A stretch of DNA of 64,000 nucleotides from an uncultured Flavobacteriales bacterium (GTDB lineage: Bacteria; Bacteroidota; Bacteroidia; Flavobacteriales_C; GCA-002722245): the NCBI GenBank assembly GCA_905182585.1, contig CAJJCC010000023.1, forward strand, positions 998-64,997, read 5' to 3'. This document shows positions 10,301 through 18,575 of the stretch, piece by piece. The position numbers and the translations under genes were made by a program. Numbering within the stretch: position 1 is the first letter of the stretch; every line of letters starts with the position of its first letter. Below the pieces are notes generated by a model that made no database searches, was not told the DNA's origin, and saw only the letters and a program-made list of their open reading frames with translations.

Positions 10301-11622
10301 CCCGCTACTGCTGGATCAAAAATACCAGTGGCCCTATTTGTTATTCCAGTACCAATATAAGCAAGTGGATTTTGACTAGGATTTTCAGCATTAGTCCCTG
10401 CACAAATCCATGTTGTATTTAAATCTACAGCTGGATCTGTGTTACAATACGGACCAACCTCTTCGATATCGGGTTCTTCCGAGGGAGGTAAAAACATCGT
10501 ATTTAAACCTCTGGCAACATATGTATTTGTAATTGTAGTTACTGTTAAGTTTGATCCGTTATTTAAATTACCGGCTAACTTATTTAATGGTCCTCCATGA
10601 CCAACTAACGTTGCACGATATAAGTTCCCATCTGCTCCTATTTCAATAGCAGAATGAGAAGCTGTAGAAGCTGCAATTTCAGTTCCGGTTGCGTTAGCAA
10701 TATTAAGGGAGAAAACGTTACCATAACTTGTTGAAGCTAAAACTCTTGAGTCATCTGGAGAAAACTGCAAATCATATGCTGCGTATATACTTAAAGCTGA
10801 ACCAATACCTTTATTGTACGTCATTAATCCGGTTGCATTATCGAAATCATACAACCTTACTTTATCAGTTAAAGTAGTTCCACCCATTCCTACAGCAAAT
10901 TGTTGACTATCGTGAGAAAAAGCAACTCCCCCTCTCTCGCCGTTTCCAGTTGTAGATATACCAACTGCTGAAATTGCAGGGGAAATCGCAGGATCAGTTT
11001 CAAATCCATCACATCTCAATAAATAAGATCGAATGTTAGTTGAACCAGATTGCGTTACAGTTATCCAAATATCAATTCCGTTCTCATGCCAAGTGGCAGC
11101 AATACCTTCAGTTGTACGAAAAGAACCAAGCCTTGTCGAAGTGGTAATCATTGTACCATCTTTATGTACAACAGCGTAATTCAAGCCTAAAGTTGTACCT
11201 GTAATAGCGTCATCGGTTGTAATAAAGTAATAATGATCAGGGTTTAAAGGGTGTCGGACTGACATAATCCCTTGTGCTGCTGAACCTGTAGTATTTCCAC
11301 CTTCATTACCGGTTAATAAACCATTATAAACAGTTGCTCCAGCTGCATCATACAAAATTCTCCCGTTTGCGTAAAATAAGAAATTCCCTAGATGATCACT
11401 TGCAGAAGCTGTTCCCTCATAACTTCTAGCAGATCCAAAACTTGTAACCGATCCCGTTGAAGAATTATATATTCTTGATCTCCCTAGGTTATCACCAAGT
11501 CCCCAATTGCGGTGGCTTAGCCACTCATGAGGCATACGTGAAGTTGAAGAGCAGGTTTCTTGAGCAGTAGCAGAAACTATTGATGCAAATAGTACTATTG
11601 CAAGTAAGAATTGTTTGAACAT
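4360..11622 (-). CDS. Giant (2420 aa) T9SS type B sorting-domain surface protein: signal peptide, beta-propeller-like N-terminal region, about 27 tandem ~70-aa two-Cys modules, CHU_C-type C-terminal domain
   Basis: Signal peptide MFKQFLLAIVLFASIVSATAQ. Repeated 'LG.D..IC.G....LDAG....Y.W......Q.I.V...G.Y.V.VTD.NGC...D.V.V.V' modules. The C-terminus 'YVPNAFTPDYDGINDGF...FYVFNRWGEQIFHS...WDGKVNG...VYVWKI' matches the gliding-motility-associated C-terminal (T9SS type B) domain. Confidence 0.9.
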   Translation of the reverse strand: MFKQFLLAIVLFASIVSATAQETCSSTSRMPHEWLSHRNWGLGDNLGRSRIYNSSTGSVTSFGSARSYEGTASASDHLGNFLFYANGRILYDAAGATVYNGLLTGNEGGNTTGSAAQGIMSVRHPLNPDHYYFITTDDAITGTTLGLNYAVVHKDGTMITTSTRLGSFRTTEGIAATWHENGIDIWITVTQSGSTNIRSYLLRCDGFETDPAISPAISAVGISTTGNGERGGVAFSHDSQQFAVGMGGTTLTDKVRLYDFDNATGLMTYNKGIGSALSIYAAYDLQFSPDDSRVLASTSYGNVFSLNIANATGTEIAASTASHSAIEIGADGNLYRATLVGHGGPLNKLAGNLNNGSNLTVTTITNTYVARGLNTMFLPPSEEPDIEEVGPYCNTDPAVDLNTTWICAGTNAENPSQNPLAYIGTGITNRATGIFDPAVAGEGTHEIIFEYCSVNDTIWIVVNNCVLCEVDVDDVEPEICVGETYALDDLVLDGSADGLWTIDSMPSGTFPVITPGTDTVFDASNLSVADGTYKLLYTVTDGAEVCYDSVYIIVNPLPEPDLGNDTAICINDPAVVFDPGSFVSYSWEPNSEITQTISIDVAGEYKVTVTDANSCSARDSVTLTVNSLPTPDLGDDEEICIGDAAVTFDAGTYVSYAWQPNSEITQTISTSDADEYIVTVIDANGCEANDTVVLTVNPLPTPDLGDDEEICAGDAAVTFDAGTYVSYVWQLNSEITQTISTDVDGEYIVTVTDANGCEVNDTVVLTVNPLLTPDLGDDEGICIGDAAVTFDAGTYASYAWQPNSEITQTISTDVDGEYVVTVTDGNGCEANDTVVLTINPLPTPALGDDEEICIGDAAITFDAGTYASYSWQPNSEITQTISTDVDGEYIVTVTDGNGCEANDTVVLTVNPLSTPNLGNDTAICAGDPEMTFDAGTYASYAWKPNSETTQTIVTDVDGEYIVTVTDANGCEANDTVVLMVNPLPTPDLGVDTAICIGDAAVTLDAGTYASYAWIPNSETTQIITTNVDGDYAVEVTDVNGCKASDTINLKVNDLPVIDLGSDITICPGSLVTLDATSNLANYIWNDGTMTQTIDVTDVNAGVFNVLVTDTNGCSTKDTVEVIVADQLYVNLSSDTAFCDGNILTVDAGIIAGATYAWQPTLESTQAIDITTSGTYSVLVTDSMGCSGEDTIIVTVNLNPTVDLGPDVRVCPDFHSLFTVGSVWSSVLWNDASTGDDLTVNTVGTYYVDVIDVNGCTATDTADFKFFSGATIDLGSDITICPGTTASFDAGTFASYTWQDATGNQTYTGNIEEVVYVDVMDADGCIASDTAEIFMATSLPINLGNDTAVCDGETVMLDAGYPVTGYTFSWNTGETTPTITVNSTGIYGVEVEDITGCSGSDSIVVIVNLNPTVDLGPDVTVCPDFDSLFTVGSSWTTVLWNDASTAGDLTVNTAGTYYVDVTDANGCSATDTADFNFFRGATVDLGSDITICPGTTASFDAGTFTTYTWQDATGNQTYVVDVASVVYVDVLDFDGCIASDTAEIFMAISLPVDLGNDTAVCEGETVTISSGYPSVGYTFLWNTGETTNEITKGTVGVYGVLVQDVNGCAGGDTMNLAINLLPVVDLGIDKAICEGMSESFDAGTRWSTIIWNTLETSQVIDVDSTANYIVSVTDINGCEASDTALLTVNINPIVALGNDQTVCPGSKALFDAGIYVGYVWQDGTTTNSYSSSIEEQVYVTVTDVNGCIGRDTAEIFVRNALLVDLGPDLDTCAGNTIDLLSGYSVTFNTFVWNTLETTDNITVNASGTYFVDVTDKNGCTGNDTVEIIVHANPIVDLGNNQSICDGDTTTFDAAIFTSYVWSDFTVNQTLTKWTSGTYSVVVTDVNGCVGIDEVDLIINANPTVSIGNDVEVCPGNDVTFSTVQNGFASYVWQDLSTDETFTALDPQEVSVLVTDGNGCTAVDTAELTNLPALDVVLPIDQTLCEGETFEITIPGFNPNTHTYLWSNGSMNSSITVGTSDSYNVFVSNGGGCAGYDEIDVTVNPNPIPVVKDTSVCEGEVATMTTGNYVSYSWSSRDNTQTINVTSEAVYTVTVVDTNNCSGSGSGVFSINAKPVIPAYADRVACEGEVITLTPQLPLGTYTWKPNGETTATLDITETGTHEVVVMNGNGCKDSINIFASYNSIPSIDLGPDVIICEGESAIIGNNSGSGTVTWNIGLVSDSLETTVEGIFIATITDVNGCMNQDEIEVNVSFNPIPLATSDTVVCMQEIGELALNVVASSRDEVLWSNGESSNDIIIDIEGTYYVTATNADGCTGMDTVVVDRKCISEIYVPNAFTPDYDGINDGFGPQGVNITNFDFYVFNRWGEQIFHSTSMDDKWDGKVNGNIVPIDVYVWKIFYRTEEDYGGLKPRQKVGTVTVLR
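6772..8037 (-). repeat. Two tandem copies of a 633-nt (211-aa, three-module) unit inside gene 4360..11622
   Basis: NLNPTVDLGPDV(R/T)VCPDF(H/D)SLFTVGS...TDTADF(K/N)FF(S/R)GAT(I/V)DLGSDITICPGTTASFDAGTF...YTWQDATGNQTY occurs twice. The DNA landmark ggtcctaa.tc.ac.gttggattta.attaac lies at 7376 and 8009, offset 633. Confidence 0.75.
8464..9954 (-). repeat. Seven in-frame tandem copies of a 213-nt (71-aa) unit inside gene 4360..11622
   Basis: Consecutive modules LPTPDLGDDEEICIGDAAVTFDAGTYVSYAWQPNSEITQTISTDVDGEYIVTVTDANGCEANDTVVLTVNP differ by only a few residues in the central five copies. The shadow ORFs 9257..9445 and 9470..9658 are 213 nt apart and nearly identical. Confidence 0.85.
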
Positions 11623-11874
11623 TATATACCCCCTTCTGCTAATAGTCGTATATCTACAACTGTGGTGTTCTAGACATTACGCATCATTTAGTGTTTTGTT
11701 ACCACAAAAGCACATTATTTAGCTGACTTTTTTTTAAAATACTGAATTTGAAACTTACTTAAAAAAGGAATATGCATTAAAGCCTTTTAGAGATGGAAAA
11801 AAATCGACGTACGAATCCATTATTTCTATGAAAAAATTAAAATGGTATTGATGAGAATAATTATTAGGTTATAC

Positions 11875-13089
11875 TTATTTAATAGTAATCCAAAAGCTCG
11901 GATTTTGCTTTTGATTTCCTTCCCAAAGTTCAAAGTGAACTTCAGTCTTTCCATTTTCGTCTGTAATAATAGTACCGATGTCTTCTTGTGTTTCCAGTTT
12001 ATCTCCTTTCTTTACAAAAACCTTATCTAAATTAGAATACATTGTATAGAAGTTACCATGCTGAACCAAAATTGCTTTTTTATCTCCAGGTAAAGCAATT
12101 ACAGCAACAACTGTTCCTTCAAAGACAACTCTCGCTTTGGTTCCTTTATTTGTAAGAATATCTATTCCATTATTGATTGTCGTTACATGTTCTAAAAAAG
12201 CATGTTTCTGATTTCCAAACTTTCCGCTAATAGTTCCTCGTGATACAGGCCATGGAAGCTTTCCTTTATTATTGGTGAAGTCTTTTGAAAGTTTTTGAGC
12301 TCTTGGAGTTAAATTGTGTCCTTTATTTGAAGCCTCTGCGCGCTTTTTTGCTTCGGCAATTTCACGTTCGATAATTTTCTTGATTTGAGTTTGTAACTTC
12401 TTAGATTCATTCCGCTTTTTTGTAATATTCGAACGAAGTTTCTTTTCGTCCTTTTTTAGTTCAGTATAAATCCCGTTGCGCTCTCCTTGTTCAGATTGGA
12501 GCTTTTGAAATTCATCCTTTTTGTTTTCTTTGAGGTTTAACTTTCTTGCCTTTTTATCTTTAAGTTCAAGTATTTTTTCTTCTATTTTAAGTTGAGTTAA
12601 AGCGATTTGCTCAGCCTGATATTCACGATACTCTCCGATTTCATGAATGTATTTTAATCGCTTATATGCTTGATTAAAATCTTCGGAAGAAAAGATGAAA
12701 ATTAATTTATTGGTAGAGTTTCTGTTCTTATACGCAAACTGAACCATTTTTGCATATTGAACTCTTAGCTGAGTTAAGTTACTTTTTAAGGTGTCAATTA
12801 AAATTTCTTGATTTTCAATACTTCGATTAATATAAACTACTTCATTTCCAATAGCTGATATAAGCTCTTCACGTGCGCCGATTTTCTTACTTAATATTAG
12901 TAACTGAATTTCGGATTTTCTTTTATTGGTACGAGTTTCTCCGAGTAAGCCGTTTAGTTTACGAAGTTCTTTTTGAATCCGAGATCGTTTTTGTTTTAAT
13001 TGATTTTTAGATTGAGGAAATCCCTGAATACTTAAAAGAAAAAATCCTAATAAGAACAGTCTACTTAATTTCCATCGGTTTAAAATCAT
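11875..13089 (-). CDS. EnvC-like murein hydrolase activator: coiled coil plus degenerate M23/LytM domain
   Basis: Signal peptide, about 230 aa of K/E/Q-rich coiled coil, then a C-terminal LytM fold (GIDILTNKGTKARVVFEGTVV...VQHGNFYTMYSNL...GDKLETQEDIGTI...EVHFELW). The canonical HxxxD, YxHL and HxH histidines read N, S/N and E. Confidence 0.8.
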   Translation of the reverse strand: MILNRWKLSRLFLLGFFLLSIQGFPQSKNQLKQKRSRIQKELRKLNGLLGETRTNKRKSEIQLLILSKKIGAREELISAIGNEVVYINRSIENQEILIDTLKSNLTQLRVQYAKMVQFAYKNRNSTNKLIFIFSSEDFNQAYKRLKYIHEIGEYREYQAEQIALTQLKIEEKILELKDKKARKLNLKENKKDEFQKLQSEQGERNGIYTELKKDEKKLRSNITKKRNESKKLQTQIKKIIEREIAEAKKRAEASNKGHNLTPRAQKLSKDFTNNKGKLPWPVSRGTISGKFGNQKHAFLEHVTTINNGIDILTNKGTKARVVFEGTVVAVIALPGDKKAILVQHGNFYTMYSNLDKVFVKKGDKLETQEDIGTIITDENGKTEVHFELWEGNQKQNPSFWITIK

Positions 13090-13864
13090 CTTGTATCTCT
13101 ATTGGAGCATCCAGTTTTAGGAATGCTTTTACACGCTTAATTTCTATATCTGACAAAATAAGCTGTTTATCTCCTTCAATTCCTTTCAATTCTATTTTTT
13201 TATTCAATAAGTAACCGTTGATATCCCCAAAATCACTGTATGAAATCCAGACTTCTTTTTTTGTTCTTCCATCTAAAACCCCTACTGTTGACAAGCGTAA
13301 ACTATCGCAAGTAAAAGATTGAACTTGATGAATTAAAGTATCTACAAACAACTCTGAATCAAAGCGTTTACTAGAATATGAGATCAACGGTTCGACGATT
13401 TTTTTAAACCCTTCCTCTTCATATAAAAATGTTGGATTCCCCAACAATAGGTTTTGTAAGACCTCAAAAGGAACACTAATTCCAAGTATTTTCTCAAGAG
13501 AAGAATAATGGCCAGTAAAATATTGCTTATTCAATTTATCTACTAAAATAATCGTATCGTGTGTTGCTAATAATTTCACTCCGGTAAAACCGGATTTAGA
13601 AATTTTCACATAAACTAAACTGTCTTTTCTAATTCTAAGTTGGACCTGAAAGATTAAAGATTGATCATTAAATTCAGCATCTACTTTCGCTTTTATCTTT
13701 AACCACGTGAAGTCAATTTCATTTGAATCGGCATTGCTAAGAACATCTTTTTTATCATAGCCTGCATACTTACAATCGGGATGAAGCTCTGCGTCCGAGA
13801 TTAATTTTTGTCGTGCTTTACACCCTACAAGCGCAATGGATAATATGAACAACCATTTCCACAT
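13061..13864 (-). CDS. DUF4292-like lipoprotein (LolB-like fold suspected)
   Basis: Lipobox (SIALVGC). Size is about 267 aa. It sits between a TPR protein and an M23/EnvC-like protein, a gene order I recall as conserved in Bacteroidota. Confidence 0.6.
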   Translation of the reverse strand: MWKWLFILSIALVGCKARQKLISDAELHPDCKYAGYDKKDVLSNADSNEIDFTWLKIKAKVDAEFNDQSLIFQVQLRIRKDSLVYVKISKSGFTGVKLLATHDTIILVDKLNKQYFTGHYSSLEKILGISVPFEVLQNLLLGNPTFLYEEEGFKKIVEPLISYSSKRFDSELFVDTLIHQVQSFTCDSLRLSTVGVLDGRTKKEVWISYSDFGDINGYLLNKKIELKGIEGDKQLILSDIEIKRVKAFLKLDAPIEIQDDFKPMEIK

Positions 13865-13866
13865 GA

Positions 13867-15597
13867 TTACTTATTCAATTTAATTTTTAACTCATCAGAT
13901 GCATCTCCAATCTCAAAAGCTTTTTCCCAATACGTTTTAGCCATTTTTGAATTGCCTAATTTTTGATATAAATCTCCAAGATGTTCGTTAATTACACCGC
14001 TATTATTCCCTCCATTAATTTCCGATTTTTTCAACCAATTTAATGCATCATCAAATTCTCCAAGTTGATACAAAATCCAACCATAAGTATCTTGAAAAGA
14101 AGCTTCTTCTGGTTTTAACGAGTTAGATAATTTACTCATCTTCTTTGCTTTTTCTAAAGAAGTATTTCTTTCCGATAAATAGTAAGCATAGTTATTTAAA
14201 ACGTAATAGTTTTCAGGTTCTACCTCTAAACTTAAATCAAAATATTCATCTGATCGAATATGATCTTTTAATGCGTGATAAGCATCTCCGAGTGAACTTA
14301 AAAATTGAGCTTTCAATCCTTTATCTGAACTTAGCACTAAATCATTTCCTTCCTCTAATACCTCAATAGATTTTTCATACTCCTTTTTCTGAATTAGTCC
14401 CATACCATTGTAAAAGTACATTTGTGGTAATGTTGGGAATAACTCCAAAGCATCTTCAGAGCTTTGAATCATTTTTTCGTAATCGTTCGAATTGTAATAA
14501 CACAAAACTAATTGCTGCCAAGCTCTATAATTATTAGGTCGTAAATCAACAACTACCTTATAGTATGAAGCAGACATTACAAAACTATTCTCTTCAAACA
14601 AAAATTCAGCAAAAGTATTGTTGAGTTGAGGATTATAAGGGTGTGCTTTGGAAGCTATACCCATGAACTTTTTTGTTTGAGCATGAATTCTATTTTCCAC
14701 TTTAGCCAATCTTGAGAATTTTCTTAGAATATCAATTTTATAACTTGCTTTATATGAAGGATCGGCTAATATTTTCCCATATAAATTAAACGCTTTTTCT
14801 TCTTCATGATCACTTAAATAATACCTCGCCATTTCGTTGTAAATTAATGGGTTATTTGGTATTACTTGTAATGCTTCATTATAAATTGAAAATGCTTTTT
14901 CAATTTCTCCATGCTCTAATTTAAAATCGGCATACTGAATATAATAGTTAATTTTTGCTGGGAATGTTTGAATTAATTTTTTAATCTCTTCTTCACATTT
15001 CCCATACTCATCAAGTCCTTTATAAATCAGAAACTTATTGATGTTTATCTCATGCGAAATTCCGATTCTCTTCTCAAGATCATCATATAACTTAAGGGCT
15101 TCTGAATACTTTTTTCGAGTAATGTAGAAATCAGAAAATTCAATTTCATAATCTGTAGAGGAAGGAAATAGTTTCTTTCTTAACTTGTATGTTTTTTCAC
15201 ATTCATCGTAAAGGGCTAACTTTTTAGTAAGCTCAATTTTATAATTGACAAACCATTTGTTTTTTGGATTTAAATCAACAGCAGAATTTATGTGCTGAAT
15301 CGCTTTATCATCATTACTTTTTTGCCAGTACAATTTTGACAATTCAAAATGAGCTGGAGCGGGATTGTCCTTCGACTTTAAAATCTCTTCAAATAAAACA
15401 ATTGATTTCTCGTAGTTTCCTGTGTTCTTCTCTGCGATTGCGTCAATGAATTTTAAATCATTGGCAATTTTCTTCTCTGAATTTGAAGCAGAAAAAAACG
15501 AGCGCCCAACTCCTCCTGTTTTGCAGGAGGAAAGAACACTCGTTAATAATATTAAAACAATTAGTTTCTTCAAATTATAGTTCGCTACTGAAGCCAC
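13867..15597 (-). CDS. Tetratricopeptide-repeat lipoprotein
   Basis: Lipobox (VLSSC), then many 34-aa TPR-like units (for example A..HFELSKLYWQK...A..HINSAVDLNPKN and LGDLYQKLGNSKMAKTYWEKAFEIG). Confidence 0.8.
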   Translation of the reverse strand: MASVANYNLKKLIVLILLTSVLSSCKTGGVGRSFFSASNSEKKIANDLKFIDAIAEKNTGNYEKSIVLFEEILKSKDNPAPAHFELSKLYWQKSNDDKAIQHINSAVDLNPKNKWFVNYKIELTKKLALYDECEKTYKLRKKLFPSSTDYEIEFSDFYITRKKYSEALKLYDDLEKRIGISHEININKFLIYKGLDEYGKCEEEIKKLIQTFPAKINYYIQYADFKLEHGEIEKAFSIYNEALQVIPNNPLIYNEMARYYLSDHEEEKAFNLYGKILADPSYKASYKIDILRKFSRLAKVENRIHAQTKKFMGIASKAHPYNPQLNNTFAEFLFEENSFVMSASYYKVVVDLRPNNYRAWQQLVLCYYNSNDYEKMIQSSEDALELFPTLPQMYFYNGMGLIQKKEYEKSIEVLEEGNDLVLSSDKGLKAQFLSSLGDAYHALKDHIRSDEYFDLSLEVEPENYYVLNNYAYYLSERNTSLEKAKKMSKLSNSLKPEEASFQDTYGWILYQLGEFDDALNWLKKSEINGGNNSGVINEHLGDLYQKLGNSKMAKTYWEKAFEIGDASDELKIKLNK

Positions 15598-16579
15598 CGA
15601 TACTAATTTCTCTTTCCTGACCTTTTAGAGTAACCTCTGTTCCAATCATTGAATTAGCAATAACTTCATTTTCAATTGTTGTATTTTCATACACAATTGA
15701 ATTTTTAAGAATAGAATTAGTAACTACGCAACCAGCACTTAAAGTTACGTGAGGACCAACAACTGAATTTTCAATCACAACTCCTTCACCAATCATACAA
15801 GGCTCAATTATCACTGAGTTTGTAGTCTTAACTGAATCAGCAACTATCTTTTCGTTTCTAACAAACTCTAAAACACGTTGATTAGTATAAACTGTAGCTT
15901 TATAATTTCCACAGTCTAACCACTCCTTTACTTGACCAGGAACAAACTTCGTCCCTTTCTTCTTTAAGGCTTCTAATGCATTTGTTAATTGGTATTCACC
16001 TTTATCAAGAATCTTGTTGTCAATTAAATATTTAAGTTCAGTTTTTAAAGCATTCCCATCCTTTACATAGTAAATTCCAATAATTGCTAAATCACTTACA
16101 AACTCTTCTGGTTTCTCAACAAAATCAGTAATTATATTGTTTTCATCCAATTTAATTACTCCAAATGCACTTGGATCTTCAATTTGTTGGACCCAAATAA
16201 TTCCATCAGCATCATCGTCTAACTTAAAGTCAGCTCTAAATAATGTATCCGCAAATGCAATAATTGTTTTACCGTCTAAAGCAGCTTCCGCACACATAAT
16301 GGCATGAGCAGTTCCTAATGCTTCATGCTGGTAACAAATAGTTCCTTTAGCACCTAAACTTTCAGCAACACCTTTAAGCATTGTTTCTACTTCTTCACCA
16401 AAGGTAGGTCCTATAATAAATGCTATCTCATCAATCTTCTCTTCACAAACAGCCGCAATGTCTTCAACTAAACGTCTAACAATAGGTTTTCCAGCAACTG
16501 GAATTAATGGCTTAGGCACTTTTAAAGTATGTGGTCTCATACGTTTACCCATTCCTGCCATTGGTACAATAATCTTCAT
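15575..16579 (-). CDS. Sugar-phosphate nucleotidyltransferase with C-terminal left-handed beta-helix
   Basis: N-terminal 'VPMAGMGKRMRPHTLKVPKPLIPVAGKPI' G-x-G-x-R signature. C-terminal hexapeptide-like repeats (IGEGVVIENSVVGPHVTLSAGCVVTNSIL). Confidence 0.8.
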   Translation of the reverse strand: MKIIVPMAGMGKRMRPHTLKVPKPLIPVAGKPIVRRLVEDIAAVCEEKIDEIAFIIGPTFGEEVETMLKGVAESLGAKGTICYQHEALGTAHAIMCAEAALDGKTIIAFADTLFRADFKLDDDADGIIWVQQIEDPSAFGVIKLDENNIITDFVEKPEEFVSDLAIIGIYYVKDGNALKTELKYLIDNKILDKGEYQLTNALEALKKKGTKFVPGQVKEWLDCGNYKATVYTNQRVLEFVRNEKIVADSVKTTNSVIIEPCMIGEGVVIENSVVGPHVTLSAGCVVTNSILKNSIVYENTTIENEVIANSMIGTEVTLKGQEREISIGGFSSEL

Positions 16580-16604
16580 CTTTGCTTTTTTTTAGTAATC
16601 TTAA

Positions 16605-17042
16605 TTATTTAACTCCTGTACTGCCAAACCCGCCAGCACCTCTTCTTGTTTCACTTAATTCTTCAACTTTCTCCCAATTAGCTTGTTGGTATTCCGCAAT
16701 TACAAGTTGGGCGATTCTTTCACCATCTTCAACGATGAAGTCTTCGTTTGACAAATTTACCAATATAACTCCAATTTCCCCACGGTAATCTGCATCAATT
16801 GTTCCTGGTGCATTTAAAACAGTTACTCCTTTCTTATATGCCAAACCACTTCTTGGTCTAACTTGCGCCTCATAACCTGGTTGCAACGCAATGTGCAACC
16901 CAGTCTTAACTAACTCTCTTTCAAGAGGTTTAAGCACTAAAGGCGCGCTAATATTAGCTCTAATATCCATCCCTGCTGATTGTCCAGTTTCGTACTGAGG
17001 TAAATCATGCTTTGATTTATTTATTACTTGAATTGATGTCAT
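16605..17042 (-). CDS. dut: dUTP diphosphatase
   Basis: Conserved dUTPase motifs: [29 protein letters not shown] and the C-terminal [10 protein letters not shown]. Confidence 0.92.
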   Translation of the reverse strand: MTSIQVINKSKHDLPQYETGQSAGMDIRANISAPLVLKPLERELVKTGLHIALQPGYEAQVRPRSGLAYKKGVTVLNAPGTIDADYRGEIGVILVNLSNEDFIVEDGERIAQLVIAEYQQANWEKVEELSETRRGAGGFGSTGVK

Positions 17043-18553
17043 TTATTAGTTTTTTGTGGTCGTTCTAGCTTAAAGGCTATTCCGAGGTATCCTACCAAAA
17101 TAAGGGAATTTATCGATAGTTTAATAGGGTTCGGTAAGTCACTTATTAAGAAATCAGATGTTAAAAAGAGTAATCCAGCCAAAATTATATAACCCAAAAT
17201 TCTTTTTAAATCATAATTTACTGGATAATGCTTCTGACCTATCACGTAGGATAAAATGGACATAATTAAGAAACAACCAAAGGTTGTAATAGCAGCTCCA
17301 AAATACCCGTTTCCAGGGTTTAAATTTTCAAAATAAGGGACTAAAAAAATATTACCTACGATAGTTAATATACTTCCAATCCCACTTATAATGGCTCCAA
17401 AATAAGTTTTCCCAGATAATTTATACCAAAAAGAAAGGTTATAATAAATACCGAAAAACACTGCACTCATTAATAACCATGGAAGTATGTAGAGTCCTTG
17501 GAAATATTCGTCACTTCTTATAAAGTGTTTAACGACATCAATAAAAAGTAAAATCCCTAAAAACGCTGTTGAAGTTAAAATTGTGAAATACTTAAGCACT
17601 TTTGCATAGGTTTCTTTTGAATCCTTTTCTTTTGCCTGATTAAAAAAGAAAGGTTCTGCCGCATATTGGAACGCCTGAATAAATAAAGTAATAAAAATAC
17701 TAAGCTTATAAATTGCACCATAAATCCCTGTTTCAGTATCTCCTAAATTATCGGGAACTAAATACTTTATGATAAGCTTATCAAAATGCTGATTTAAAGC
17801 ACCGGCTAAACCAACAACTAAAAGTGGCCAGCAATATTTAAATAATTGCTTCCAAAGTGGAAAATCAAATTTCCAACTGTGTTTTAATATCTGAGGACTC
17901 AACAAAGCGAAAGTTATAAAGCTTGCTATCAAATTAGCAATAAAAACATAACCTACACCTACTGATGGGTCATAAACTAAGTATACAATCGAATTGATAG
18001 ATTCGTAATTATAGTTTTCGGTGTACCAAGGACAAATCACATAAAAGAAGAAGTTCAATCCAACATTAATCGCTAAACTAAACAATCTAATAAATGCAAA
18101 TCTAATTGGCTTTTCTTCAAGCCTTAGCCTAGCAAAAGGAATCGAAACAGCTGCATCCAAGCCAATTATTATCGCTAAATACTCTACATATTCTGCATGA
18201 TTAGGGTAACCAATGGCGGCTGAAATCTCAGCAGAATAAGTTAAAATTAAAAGAACAAAAATAAAGGCAGTTGTAAAAACCGAAATCAGGGAAGTGGAAA
18301 AGACTTTTTCTTTTACATCCTGTAATTTACTGGCAAATCGGAAATAACCAGTTTCCATTCCATAGGTGAAAAAAATTATGGAAACGGCAACCCAAGCATA
18401 CGTATTTGTTACTACGCCAAACTGTTCGGTAGTAAAGATACTAGCATCAGTATATAAAGGTGTGAGAAGTAAATAGTTGGCTAACCTACCAACAATACTA
18501 CTCAAGCCATAAATGGCTGTTTGACCTGCTAATTTTTTTATTGGATTACCCAC
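17039..18553 (-). CDS. MOP/Wzx-type polysaccharide (oligosaccharide) flippase family membrane protein
   Basis: 504 aa, hydrophobic throughout with about 12-14 predicted TM helices. The N-terminal '[22 protein letters not shown]' resembles polysaccharide biosynthesis/flippase proteins. There is a 4-nt overlap with the dut start. Confidence 0.7.
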   Translation of the reverse strand: MGNPIKKLAGQTAIYGLSSIVGRLANYLLLTPLYTDASIFTTEQFGVVTNTYAWVAVSIIFFTYGMETGYFRFASKLQDVKEKVFSTSLISVFTTAFIFVLLILTYSAEISAAIGYPNHAEYVEYLAIIIGLDAAVSIPFARLRLEEKPIRFAFIRLFSLAINVGLNFFFYVICPWYTENYNYESINSIVYLVYDPSVGVGYVFIANLIASFITFALLSPQILKHSWKFDFPLWKQLFKYCWPLLVVGLAGALNQHFDKLIIKYLVPDNLGDTETGIYGAIYKLSIFITLFIQAFQYAAEPFFFNQAKEKDSKETYAKVLKYFTILTSTAFLGILLFIDVVKHFIRSDEYFQGLYILPWLLMSAVFFGIYYNLSFWYKLSGKTYFGAIISGIGSILTIVGNIFLVPYFENLNPGNGYFGAAITTFGCFLIMSILSYVIGQKHYPVNYDLKRILGYIILAGLLFLTSDFLISDLPNPIKLSINSLILVGYLGIAFKLERPQKTNK

Positions 18554-18575
18554 TAAAGTTCTAAACGATTATTTA

